A program made the translations under genes and the position numbers. A stretch of DNA of 50,064 nt, taken from Catajapyx aquilonaris (lineage: Eukaryota). Of the stretch, positions 12,601 to 24,728 are shown in pieces (positions within the stretch are counted from its first letter, which is position 1; every line of letters starts with the position of its first letter). Under the pieces are notes generated by a model. It had not been told where the DNA came from, did no database searches, and saw only the letters and a list, made by a program, of their open reading frames with translations. The DNA lies in the NCBI GenBank assembly GCA_000934665.2, contig KZ538740.1:1-50064 (forward strand), written 5' to 3'.

Positions 12601-15600
12601 AACTGACGGGTGTGGTACATGGACGGAAGTGCAACCTACGTATGTGCGTGCCTTTTACGTACGTGCATTACGATGTCTCCAGATTATTATTTGCGTGCAC
12701 GTTTCCGCAGTTTACGCTCAATTCTTCAGCGGTATTCTGCAGTCAAGGTTCCGCGCACCATGGTACAAAGACCTTACGTTTTGAGGAAGACGCTCCCTTC
12801 CCGCATGACTCCAAAAGTGAAACATCTCTTCGGAATTTTTGCATGACGCGACGATTATTTTGCCGGATCTGCTCGAGCACGGCCTGAATAAAAATGGGCG
12901 CCACAGGTCAAGTTGCCAGTACACAGGGTAAATGACCCTTATGCAAAACGTAACGAGGGGTCTGCTACTCTGCTGTATGATAATTTTTGCGTTGGATCAT
13001 ACGAACGGCGTGCAGTCTGATTTGTCGTCTAGTCAGCGAACCAGCACGTCTCAACCTTTACGCTTCTCGCCTTCTGCTCTACGCACCAGTACATGACCAT
13101 AATGGAGAGAAAATGCCGAGCAGGAAATTGGCAAATCGCCTGTTTGGTTACGCCGTTGCGGTTTCAGGAGGCTTGTCGACTCATCGTTAAACCACCAAAC
13201 CCAGAGTGGGACTCCCATCTTGTTATAACACCATACGTCCTTCTCAGGCCCTCCATGATTGCGGCAATTATTATTGAGAGACCCCTGGCTCATCTTCTCA
13301 AGGAAACAATTTTATTACGTACATGTAGGCACAGGTCAAGGTGTGGGACTTCTTCCTCGATCCGACTGCATGGGGGCCAGGAAAGACCTACTTCTTTCTA
13401 GGTCGAGCTTTCGTCCCGGGACACAAATAGCCGGTTAGGTGGCCAGGTGGTGCCATTTTCAGATTTTTACCAGTAGACCACTGTTTGTCACTCTGGATGA
13501 CTCGGAGGACAACAACAATCCCAGGTGGTTGTAAAAGTCTACAGCTCCTAGCAAGGCCAGCTGCTTTAATCATCCACAAAAAAAGAAGAAGTCAATGAGA
13601 GAATATATCTTGAGGTGCAGAGAAGACCGTTTTGCTAGGCATTTAGGCAGGTTGGACCGGCCCTTGGCTACAGGGTACAGTTAGGTGCGAGTCCCACATG
13701 CTACATGCACCTCTTAATGCGCCGTGTGAAAAGGTCGCCTTTCTACGATACAAAGATCTACTTCCGACTTGTTTTTTTTGCATGAAAAATAAGGACCGTC
13801 GAATGAAAGCAGTTGGAAGAAAGTGAGTGCTCGGGAGTGTATCAAAAAGATTGACTGCATTCCTTCCTGAGAAGGCGATGGTTCTGCTAAGTTGCTCGGA
13901 GATAACATCATATCACGGATCCACGCTCGCACCAAAAATCTTCGTTGAATGACCTTTTGAAAGGCACGTTTCCCACTACTGTGTTTCCTCTGGTCCTTGT
14001 ATGCTACACATGGCACGTGTTTGCCTTCTGAGGATTTTCAGAATATATCGTTTGCATTGAAGCGGTACCCAAGCCCTTACTGGTGTATTTGCACTTTACT
14101 GATGCAGCATTGGAATGTACGACCCTGAAGAGGACTACCTCATGTCTGACGTTATCATCTACTCAACCGGATATGATTGACTTGGCAGTTCATCTCCGTA
14201 CATAGCTGCCAATTTGATATCACATATTTAGCAAACATGTTTACGTTTTCATGCAGAAAATAGGCGTGTAAGGTCAAGGCCCCCGGCCAACCCAAATGAG
14301 GATAATCCAATGGGAAAATCCTGGGAAAAACGGTACCGTAATCGAAACTGTAGTATACGAATACGAAAACCAGGAATTTCACTTCCGTTACTACAGAGGT
14401 GTCCGGCTTGAACTGTTTGCATTGTGTAGCCCCAGGTTTGTATTTTTGAAGCAGTTGGGAGGGCCCCAGGATTTTGGGGTCCCAAGCATCCAAGCCGCCA
14501 AAGACAGGCTGCAGGTGCAGAAGACTTGAAACGTGCTGGAATGTGGGCACCACTCTTTTGGATTGGGAAAGGAGGGTGCTGCCGAACCAGGGGAGCTACC
14601 TACCAACGGCAATGGAAAGAATGCGGCGTTGCTTGCCTTGGTAAAAACCCAGCACCCTTGAAATCACCCCTGCAGACAGCCAAACCAGTTTGCTTTTTTA
14701 TCCACATCCCCTCCTATCCCCTCCAAGAGTAACAATAGTATGTTCTGTCCCGTGTGCCAACAGTATCATCATTAGTAGGCCCTACTTCCTAGATATACGC
14801 ATTTCCGCTGTTCATTTAGGATTGGACGTGACTTGAAGAATGTTAGATTTTTTAATGGCTATGCAGACACGTAGTTGCCACACCTATCCTTTGTTTGGTT
14901 CAGACCAAATGTGGCAATCTTCTGGTTCTGGTACGGACCACAGAGACCAGGGAGGTTCAACTTGATACGCAGACAGCATCGGTTTTACAGGTATGGGTGA
15001 CCCCTTCGCATGCAATTTCGTGCCAAAGTTACCAAGTCAAACTAGCCTTAAACGCGTTCCTGTTTTTTTTTTTTTTTGTTGTTGAAAGTATTTTGCCCTG
15101 AGATGCAACCTTGAGCATGTCAAGACAGGCCAGAAACGCCTTTTACGGCTTGCATTTCATTTTGATTTCGGAGAGTGCAAGAAATCGGAATTTTATTGCC
15201 CCTTGTTTTTCGTGCGAGAACAAACAAGACCTGGGACCTAGCTCAGGCGCTCCATTATTGATATCAATGGGGGAAACAAAAAGTTCACATGCAATATACT
15301 GTTACTTCCCTCCCACAACTAATGCAGGTCAAATGGGTCTGTATCCGGTGTCAATAAGTGACAATCCGTGTGAAAAAAAGAGGCGCGAATTTTTTCGAGT
15401 GTATATAATGCCCCAAATATGCAAAAAAATGAGGCTACTTTGATTCAAAAATTTGTTAGACCATATAAATTCTTGCGACAAACAGGAAACGTAATCACCC
15501 CCACCTCCACCCTGAAGAAAAAAAAAAACTCCACCCACAAAAAGGAAACAGCCCCTTTCCTTATCACGCACTGCTGGTTTCCATCTCCCAAAGTCGTATT

Positions 15601-18600
15601 TATACGACTTTGGGAGCCGTTTTTACTCAGCAGGTCCATCACGCATTGTTGAACCCACAAAACATGATCGCCGAATCCAATTTTTTTTTCCTTCCTCACA
15701 ATAACTATACCCGTTCCAGGGTTCGTGGAGTTGAAAGTTAGCTTAGGTTCGTGACGAGCCAAATTCTGGACGCATGGGTGGGGGGGAATGAGTAAAACAT
15801 GTCGTGTGGTACACAGACACGCCTCTCTGGCATACCTCTCATTTCAAGCACGACTATTCAGTAGCACGTGGCGACCAAAAATATATATATATATAGTAAA
15901 AAAAGCGCGCGCGGCCAAAATCTAGAGAAAGTTGGAATCGCGCAGTGACAACAATGGAAGCGAGGATGTTCTCATGATGGCCACATAGCTTGACCCAGTG
16001 AACCTGAGAACAATGCTAGTTTCCGCCTTGTTGGCCAACACTGGTACCGCTTAAGTGGTCTTCCTTAACCACTACTTTTAGGGAGGATATTTTTTGGGTC
16101 CTCCATGGTAAAAAGTGATACGGTTGGAGGTGCGGGACCTGCTGGCTTGATGCGGTTTTGCGAAGCGCACCAATCTGCAACAATCTGAGCGTGAGAAAAT
16201 GATTAATCGCGGATAGGCCCCGAAGAAGGTGGGCAAGGGGTCAACGAAACTGGCAGGGGGAACCAGTCGAATGTTTTGGCCCCGACTCCTGATTGGCAAT
16301 TCTGTGGGTAAGGTTGGCCAGGCATCTTCAGAGGTCTTTGACCGGAGGTTTTCGTAGCGGACCATGAGTGAGACAGGCAGTGCAAATGAGAAAAGAGGTC
16401 TAGACAGAAAGCGGGGCAGACGGGGTTGTCTATCTGTCACTTTTTTTTTCGGCAAATTATTCCCCATGTCCCATCATTATGTGTCGCCTGACAGGGGCAA
16501 CAATGAGGGCGTGCGGCGGCCAATTTTTGGCGGAACACTAATGGCGAAAACTGGCACATCCTGACAAGCCTGAATATTCTAGTGAAGACTTGATTTGCAG
16601 AAAGATCATTTGGTTCAGAAACTGTATGAAGTATTCCTCGAATTGGATGATTTTTTTTTTTAATCCCAAGAAATATCTCACACAATATCACTTCTGATTT
16701 CAATTCTCCAATTCCAGCACCTGCCGTATTTCATTCAAACTTAAAGTAATGGCTCATTATTTACTCTGATGATACAATGATTATTATCCGGCTGCCAGGT
16801 TCACACTAACGAGGCTCCCCATTCGTTTGACGGATAATGTCACAATATTCAGGTCAAGAAGTCCTTTATCCCATATTTAATCAATCATTTCGGGTTGGCT
16901 TTGTGTCATGCCATGAGAATGACAAATGACCCATTCATTAATGTCCTAATTGCTTTTAATTAGCCTTCATGCTTTTGTAATTCCGACTTTGCAATGTTGT
17001 CCAATAATTTTCCACTTCCTAAAACCACAATGCAACGCCACTTGCTATATGATTCTAGTCACTGCATCATTTTGTCTGCCAACAAAATGTGCCTTTATGA
17101 ATTAACAATAGGGCGTCGTAATAATTTTTTAATATAAAATAGGCCTGTAGGTCATTATAATCTATGCAGTTACGTAAATTGTTATTGCATATCAGCTACC
17201 AATAATTAATTTTCGGACCATTGAAGCTGACATTGAAAAATCCGCCACATTTTCACAGCTGAATCACTCAATGATTTAAAAATCTGAACGTACTTATATT
17301 GTTTCACGCCCAATGTAAACCAGCCGTAGAAATTATAGCCTAACAAGCTAATCAGACCATCGGAATGTATCCTTCGACCCCAAACCGAGCTTGAATTACC
17401 CAGTTAGCAATCAGCAATTATCGCATTTCCACAAGCGTAGAAATAGGAATTCATTGAGTAGTGACCTTCGCAGTGACCGTAGTCCAGTAGCAGTGTAGAA
17501 TCGCTCGAAATTACACACTGTTGGGGTGAGAGGAAGTCGTGGAGCGCGGAGGATAGCCTACATATGGCGGAAAGGTCGACCAGAATTCTCGTGTGAGACA
17601 CCTCATTGTTCTTTCCCGAGTCAGGTGAAGGTGCAGGCAACACAATGCAAATTATAGCTTTGGAGCGGATCAAAGTGGAGGATCAGATTCATTTACCTGC
17701 CCTTATTATTATGACTCTTTTCAATTTTAGTCAGAATCTCTGGGGGACTCCAAATGGGAACAATTATAAGGGCTGATCAAATATGACGAAGATTATTACT
17801 CGCTTGATTTGTGAAGTAAAACTTGGGGAGTCATTCGTGCAAGGCCATATTACGTGCCAACTTGGGTCAGAATAGAGCCAAGGGCGTTACGGGGCTGACC
17901 GATATGGATTATAAGCGTGCAATGAATGGTTAGCAGAGCAAAAGTACAGCAGGGATATTTGGAATGGTTATAGTCACCTCCTTTCGGCCTGGTCTCGGGG
18001 AAACACACGCGAAATAGTCCTTTTGTGCGGGTGTAGTAGAGGAAGTTGGATTCCATGTCCAGACTCTCGATGTCGCCTCTTTTCACCTTTTGCTGCAAGG
18101 AAAGGAGATACCATGTGAATCAGTACTTGTTGGAGGGTTGTCATGTTGCAACGGGCCCAACAACTGTGACCAATTTTCTCACGGAGATCATAGTTCACAA
18201 TGTTGACAATAGCTCATGCTGTGTAGTAATTGTGTAGGGGTCCTTGATCGAATAAAAATATATCTTTGGGAAGTAAGGATCTGGGAATTTCGAGCATTTC
18301 AGTCAAATCAGCATGACTTAAAGAGATTTTCATTCACTAAATTGGTTTAACGTGTCATATATTTAACAATTACAATTTCTGTAACCCAACAGCGCGTGAA
18401 GAGCTACCGTTAAAATAATACGGTTCAGGAGTTGGTTCTCTCTAGTTTTATTTTGTACACCACTTGTGACTGCAGCAACAAATATTTCCACGCGAGCTAA
18501 CCAGTAAATGAATATACAGTTATGTTCTATATTTCTTAGGCAATTCGGATAGTTTTAAAAAACTCACCATATTAATTTTACCGTTTAAATTGACAAATAT

Positions 18601-21600
18601 TACTATATTTGAAGGGCACTACTATGACATTTTTAGGGAAACTTATTCGGTATGGCACAAATAAGAGGGGGTCCAAAGTTCTGGTTCGGACAGAGGAATT
18701 TCCCACATGGAAATAGTTTCGATGTAAGTTCTCCCTTTGATTCGCACAATTAAAATCCACCATCAGCGTAGGAATGGATTAAATATGCAGGGTGAAAATC
18801 ATATCCCCTGAGAGGCCACAGCCCTATCACGAGGCAACTAGTTACGGTACTATTTTTAAAATACTAACAAAACAGGACAACAAATAATACTGAAATATCT
18901 AAATGATGAGCTGACAACAATAACCAGCAAAAAATGTGACACTTAAGTTGGCCGTTATATTCAATAGTCCATATGGTTGGGAACACAGGTTGGTCGCCTG
19001 AAACCTAGATGCAGCCTATTCTGAAAGCCCTGTTTTGCACGACAGGCTTTATTAGCTCTCTATGACTATGTAATTGAAATAACGGTGCTCCAGTGTCACT
19101 CGTGTCATAAAGCGTAATAAAAATATCCCGAGACAGTTCTGCTCCAATTCGTCAGCAGATGTAGACAGTCGGAACCCCCGTTAATGTTCAACAAGTCGAC
19201 CATTATGGACACGGCACATTTGAGCCACAATATTAAGTGACCTACAATAAGACTGGAAAACTTTCCTTGCCCCGGTGCCCCTTGACAAAACAGTCAGTAG
19301 ACAAACGGTGCTGAAAAGAATTCCGAATTCCCCCATTTGCACTCTGATATGCCAGAAGGTCAGCACGGAGGCAAGGTGTTGGGTCAGCACAGCGGGGTAA
19401 ATCAAAAAAAAATTAATGCTAAAGGTCATCCTAAAGAGGTCAGCGATGTAGCCACGCTTTTCTCTCACCTACTCCTGCTCTCACTGTCAGCAATTTGGCG
19501 GTCATCTGATGGCAAAGATCAATGCAATCACGTTTATATGTCAACGTACTGTATCTACTCAAATTGCATTCAAATGATGTAACTACACCATTTCAGTAGA
19601 CACTGCATCCAATGCTTGCTGATTCACATCGAAAAATTTTAGCCATTAAATTAGCCTACGGTTGCGAAATTGAATGACGACACTAAAGCACGTGGCACCC
19701 ACGAAATCTCTGCAATACTAGGAAATGTGCGCAAGTGACTATAATCGTGATAAGCAGAATATTAGTTTCTTTTGTGCAATGAACAGAGGTGGCCTCGAAG
19801 TGGCGGTTTTCCACACTTTCTGTGCCGGCCATTGAATATGTTCAAGTTTTGCAACAACATCCAATTCATACACTTCTGTCTTCTTCAAAAGGACGACTGG
19901 TGCCCACCAGTACCGGTATATCTTTCTTTCTTTTTTTGTCTCTATACGCCACGTCTAATCGTGAGACATGTACTCAGCAGAGGCGGTCAGCATGCCCATC
20001 TTCCACCATGATGCCCATATATTTTTCCTATGCAGTGACTAAAAGTGACGTCGCCATTATTTTGGAATATGCCTAATGACAATGGGTGGAATTTTCGTCG
20101 TACTACTAGTTACTTTTAACTTAGCAGTACCGGTACCAGTGTAGGCTAATGCAATGGTACTGCTAAGTTAAAAGTAACTAGTAGTACGACGAAAATTCCA
20201 TCCAATGATTGCATCATCTCATCATGCCGTCCTTTCCTTTCGTGAGAGACCAACTTGACGTAGGTCTGAACCGGACCTCATTCGCAGGCTATAGTCCCGA
20301 TTTCCACCTGATATTTACGTAATGCCAAACCACTCCCGCATGCAATGAACGATGTGTTGTATTAAACATTTTCTACACTAGGAGATGCGCTGGGTTACCC
20401 TTTTCTAATTTTTTTTTATGACACCACCAGTGGAAAAAATTCCTTCTGCTCAGGAAGCTATTACAACACGTATAGCGTGTTATCTGACACTTTGTCTTAG
20501 TAGACCTAATGGGAAAGGCCGTAAAATCAAAAGTTGAGTGTTTCTAAGGGACCTATTATATCTGCACATAGTTAGGCCAGCTGAACAATAAGACGAGCCT
20601 TCCTGGAAGAGCGCTAAAGCGAGCAGAAGTGAACAAACGGGGCATTGACGCCATGAAAACGTACTTCGCGTTATTTAATTGCACTGCGCTTCTTTCGCTG
20701 CACATGACCCAAGTTTAACAGCCGGCCGAAATTATCAAGTGTGTAATAAAACTCCCGAATTTAATTTTGGTTGCAAAAATAATGAACAGATGAATTTCTT
20801 GAAAGATACTGTAGGTATGAAATTGCACTGTATTACAGGACTGTCAATTTCCGCCTTGAGGGGACGTTGCGGTGCCTCTATAGTGAGCGGCCATCACGGT
20901 ATAATTTTACCGGAGTTGTCTGCCTGTTGGTTGTACAGTAATTACAGAGTATGCAAGATATGCGCCGTTGGGTGAAACAACACAATTAAATCCCACTTGT
21001 TTTCGATGCCAGCAGCCTGCGCTTATGCCCGTGAAAATAATAAACAGAGGCCTACATATCTGCCCTTTGTTTGCAAAAATGATGAAAAGGCCTCCACGTT
21101 TTCTCTTTTTTGTTAGCATATAATGTGAGTTGTTTGCTGCTTGCCTGCAAATAGAAAGGCTCAGTAAATCCTCTTTATTCCATGCTACTTTTCATATAAA
21201 AAAATATTTTCTCATAAGGACTGTACATCCGTTCTGAACCTGCTCAACATGGCACCGCCTAACCCGATGAATCATCGTCTTCCATTCAAACTTGAACTCA
21301 AAGAGAAGGGGCCTGGCCACACCAATCCGGACCTTGAAATTTTGTGGCCATGCACGGCATTTGCTCCGGTCGTGCGAGACGCGTGTGACACATTGCGATG
21401 CACAGTCCAACTGGTCCGAGTGGGGGGGGGGGGGGGNGCAATTTTGGAGATGACCCTTCAATACGTTTTTTTTGCACCTTTTGGCTGGCTATTTTCGTCA
21501 CATTCTTGCAGTTTGCATAAAAGAGGGTAGAAATCGCAGGTGTATACAAAAGGAGTGAAAAGGTGATAAAATGTAGCCCCCCCCCCCTCCTATGCCTGAA

Positions 21601-22695
21601 GTAGGTTAATGGTCATATTTTCTCTTCTGCCCTGTCACCTACACCACTTATCCAGCAGACTTGGTTCTCATATGTACCTGCGGGTATACATCAGCTTGTT
21701 TCTTTAAACTCTCTACAAAATTCCCGTTGCCGGAAACCCCCCTCCTGTAAAAATGGTCCTGTCATGTCCATGATTGCTGGCTGTCGTTGCTTGGATTGGT
21801 CTATTGTGATGGTTGCGTGGTACGACTCATTATGGTCCAGTGAGAGTGTCAAAATGTCTCGCTCTGCTACATGCACTTTTCACTTTTATAAGTACAGGGT
21901 GATTCGCATTGTATATTTCCTCTAGTGTTGCATAAGCATAAATAAAGCGCACATACACCTGCCCGACTTGTGGAGGCGAAACAAGGGCGGATAATAATAA
22001 TAAAGGACATTTGCAAGAATTTTAGTGACGTCATTGTTAATATGCATGTTGTCATTGGTCCGTGCCCACTTGTTTCTACCGTTTCTTTTTTTTGTTGTTG
22101 TAGTGTAAGGTATGATATACTTTCCAGGGTAGGGGTTGAGTAACGGGAATGTCGGAAAAAGTTGATACAACGGTCGGTCCACATTGCGCTTGCCCGTAAA
22201 ATTCGTGTCTAGAAAACTTTTGACCAAGTCTGATGCCAAGATGGCTGCCATGTCTTCTAAATAAGGAAGAAAATGGGTGGGAGATGCCCCCAAGGAAGGA
22301 GATAACAAAAAAAATTCAAGGTCTTTCTATAAGGTGATGAGGAAAATTATGAGCATAACAGGTTAAGATTTACGCGCCGAATAATTGTTGCGTTTCGCGC
22401 TTCGCATGCGAGATTAAAATGGCTATTATTCTACACGCAATTAAACACGGACCAGATTCTATATAACTGTTAAAATAGAAGTCTTTCGACATATATTTTC
22501 TGTCAATTCCACCATTGAAGTCTCCGGGTGTTTCTCCAATACAATTGCCAAAAAAAATTCAACACTAACCTCAATTTTGGCTCGGTTGACGTCGACCCGA
22601 ACCCAGTTGTCGGTGGAGAAGGCGATGGCCAAGAGGGCCACGGACACCACCGAGGCGATGGTGGCCAACGAGAGGGTGACCGCCGAGCAGGGCAT
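3735..22695 (-). CDS. CG6398: Claudin/PMP22/EMP-superfamily tetraspan protein, CG6398-like (280 aa)
   Basis: Exons 22695-22570, 18092-17978, 9662-9552, 9490-9353, 9278-9181, 4167-4002, 3823-3735. All junctions GT-AG and phase-compatible, total 843 nt. Protein reads MPCSAVTLSLATIAS...AFSTDNW...YYTRTKGLFRVCF...GLWHGVEYYE...YDWSYIIAW...YPGPYHYGSQYGPYNY. It has the claudin W-GL[WF]-C-C signature and four hydrophobic segments, and matches my recollection of Drosophila CG6398. Confidence 0.92.
4564..4776. mobile_element. hAT-type MITE
   Basis: TIR CAGTGGCGGATCTA / TAGATCCGCCACTG and 8-bp TSD GTACAGGG at 4556-4563 and 4777-4784. The interior is an N gap in poly-C. Confidence 0.85.
6405..6466 (+). 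repeat. Dispersed retroposon-like 3' end; second copy inverted at about 49280-49368
   Basis: gctgactaccccttatagggaaatgtcgtgatggtgttgttg matches the reverse complement of caacaacatcacgacatttccctatgaggggtagtcagc. Has a (GTT)n-like tail. Confidence 0.6.
6533..6618. repeat. (AAT)/(ATT)n microsatellite followed by (AGT)n
   Basis: Directly visible tandem trinucleotides. Confidence 0.95.
6740..7027. mobile_element. Inverted-repeat element enclosing a tRNA-derived (SINE-head-like) segment
   Basis: Imperfect arms of about 65 bp at 6740-6805 and 6963-7027. The interior has an A-box-like GTGGCGCTGCAGT and B-box GGTTCGATCCC. Confidence 0.65.
7883..8044. mobile_element. Tc1/mariner-type palindromic MITE
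   Basis: TA|CAGTGATGGACATTAATC...GATTAATGTCCAACACTG|TA, with near-perfect arms of about 65 bp and a TA TSD. Confidence 0.85.
10360..10543 (-). mobile_element. tRNA-derived SINE or tRNA pseudogene (head 10543-10476)
   Basis: Minus strand CCCCCGTAGCTTAGTGGTAGAGC-AA-ACACT-CAAGTG-AGTGT-GGA-CCCAGGTTCGATTCCTGGCGGGAG. A and B boxes are intact, but the anticodon loop is 6 nt. The 3' boundary is approximate. Confidence 0.6.
11500..14370 (+). mobile_element. Highly degraded autonomous Helitron (Rep + Pif1-like helicase), inside intron 2 of the claudin-like gene
   Basis: Colinear decayed motifs across frames: VE..KPCAAGILTW (~VEWQKRGLPHAHILIW, about 11597); VHVP*HVN (~IHGPCG..N); PPV..LHLH (~12395); DYYLRA (~12683); FFLDPTAWGPGKTYF (~FFLDAPGGTGKTF, about 13349); GGAIFRFLPV (~GGDFRQxLPV); CLLRI..RLH*SGT (~MLLRN..LCNGT); DLAVHLRT*LPI (~DLPFQFKRLQFPI); GTVIETVVYE (~KTKNVVYKE). 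Boundaries are approximate. Confidence 0.72.
20085..20202. repeat. Perfect 45-bp inverted repeat (MITE-like hairpin)
   Basis: Arms 20087-20131 and 20156-20200 are exact reverse complements with a 24-nt loop. CAATG flanks both sides (20080-20084, 20203-20207). Confidence 0.85.
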
Positions 22696-24482
22696 TGTTT
22701 TGTATGGTTCTGCAACAACTCAAAATTGCACCAACAATCACGCGCCCATCCGCACCGGACTAGAAGCACTGAATATAAGGTGGGGGGTGGGTGTAAGGCA
22801 GGTGCAGCACTGGTCCTCCTGGATGACCGTCTTGGCTCCGACTGCTGGAGAGGAAGGAAGGAAGGCTCTCTGGAGGGCCTCCTACCTTCTTGGCGTGAGC
22901 GACCTCGGTGAAGAGAACCTCAAGGAGAAAACACACCTGGTTCCAATTCCTACAATGGAGGGAAAAGAACCTGCTTTTAAACAGAGCGCCATGGTTGTCC
23001 ACAATATGTACAACATTGCATAGTTCCTAAAATACCATGCAATGTTTTATATTTGCTAAAGTGTGCCAGAATTTAATTGTTCGTTTTGTTATTCGTCGTG
23101 ATATTTTAAACGTTTTTGAAAAATACTGTTCGAGCAGCATTTCTATCATTGCAAATGTGATGGGCTTTAAAAATTAACGCGAAAATCACATGTTTATATT
23201 ATGTTATTTTGGGTGCGCTATTATCTACGCAACTTGCCCCGACAGTTAAGTAATTTCGTGCAAAAAAGAAAAGTAAAATGCATTCAGTGTGATTCACCGG
23301 CTTTACTTGCCAAATATATTCCTATTATTGGCTAGAGTCTGTTGTATTCGATTGTACTCTGCAAACTGGAGTGCGCATACCGATATGCACTGTAAGTGAC
23401 ACACCTGTGCCTTATTGTTATAATATAATGATGGACAGTTGGTGGATATGTCAAAGGGTCTGCTTCAGAGGCAAAGCACTCGTATGGATTTTCACGAAGT
23501 AGGTATCATACGAATATTTTTATTGGGGTTTCACTGCACGTGCTTGGAATATCTAAGCGTGACATATAATTGGCTATTTTGCACTGCATAATCAAGGCTT
23601 ACGGGAATCTCGGTTATTTTCACGTCCTCAAAATGCGAAGACCTACAGTAAACTATAGAATCAGTGATAGCAAAGACATTTTGCTACATTATATTATTTT
23701 GTTGTCAGGAAAATGACCTACACAACAGATATGACTTTAAATGTGGGCAGTGCATGTCGGTTCCTATCTGATGCTTGAGAATTATAATGAAGCTAGAATG
23801 CATATTATAACTTTCGAGCTGAGGAATGGAGATCAACCCAAAGGATTTCAACCGCCATCCAGTATGCTGAACAATATTATGGAGCATCTGAGCAAACAGT
23901 TGCATGTACTGCATGCTCTCGATATTAAATTGGAATATTATAAAACATGTGAGTTTAGCTAAATTAATCGCTCCGTCTAAACAATAAAGTGGCAGATATG
24001 TGAAACTCTCATACTATTTTAGAAATAGGAACCTTTACAATGATTAATAATGATTCATAAATATATACTCGAAGAAGGTATCTTTCTTCACTTTATTTCT
24101 GTATTATTTTTGTCCAATTTACATATTCTCACTTGAATGTTATCCGTCTTAAAGTTGCATATACTCCACACAACACATAACTTTTTCCACGTATGCGACC
24201 TTTTTTCTCAGATGCTCCACAAATCCTCATTGTCTGTAGGCCTACTCAACGCCTGTCATTCCCATTCCACGGTTTTTCTTAAAAGAAAATAAGCCGTGAT
24301 TCATTTATTTTTAACTGACATTCCAATATAATTTGGGTTCAAACTCAGGCAGCTTCATCATATTAGTCTAATGAATTTATGTGAGAGTAATGTAATATTA
24401 CTTAAACAGTCGTAAGCCTAATTTAACTACTATGCAAAGAAAGGGCACTTGCTCCCCAGCAATATTGCCAAATTCAGCTTAC

Positions 24483-24728
24483 CTTCGTACGGCACACACA
24501 GGTTTATAGAGGAGTGGTCATGAATGGCCGTTTCCGACAGGTCCCTGTGAGTTCTCCCATCCCCGGAGGCACCAATTACGGAATGCCATTCTCTCCTCCT
24601 GACTCAAAACTCTTCCAGAACCCAAGAAGGTGAACCAACCGCCGCTTGCTCATCCACCAAGGTCGAGGAAGTGTGAAACGACTCCAGAAATGCCACAGTT
24701 GGAGTCAACAGTCGCGTTAAACAAATGA
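24483..24728 (-). promoter_or_regulatory. Candidate initiator and non-coding first exon of the claudin-like gene
   Basis: On the minus strand: Inr-like TCATTT at 24728-24723 and a strong donor AAG|GTAAGC at 24483/24482. A matching acceptor (tttctccttgag|) lies at 22919/22918, upstream of the ATG. Confidence 0.4.

Noticed and set aside
14774..14792. Hairpin AGTAGG-C-CCTACT plus CTAG as the 3' end of the fossil Helitron
   Set aside because: It is followed by A rather than T, the stem is weak, and TAGGCCTA-like words occur throughout this window.
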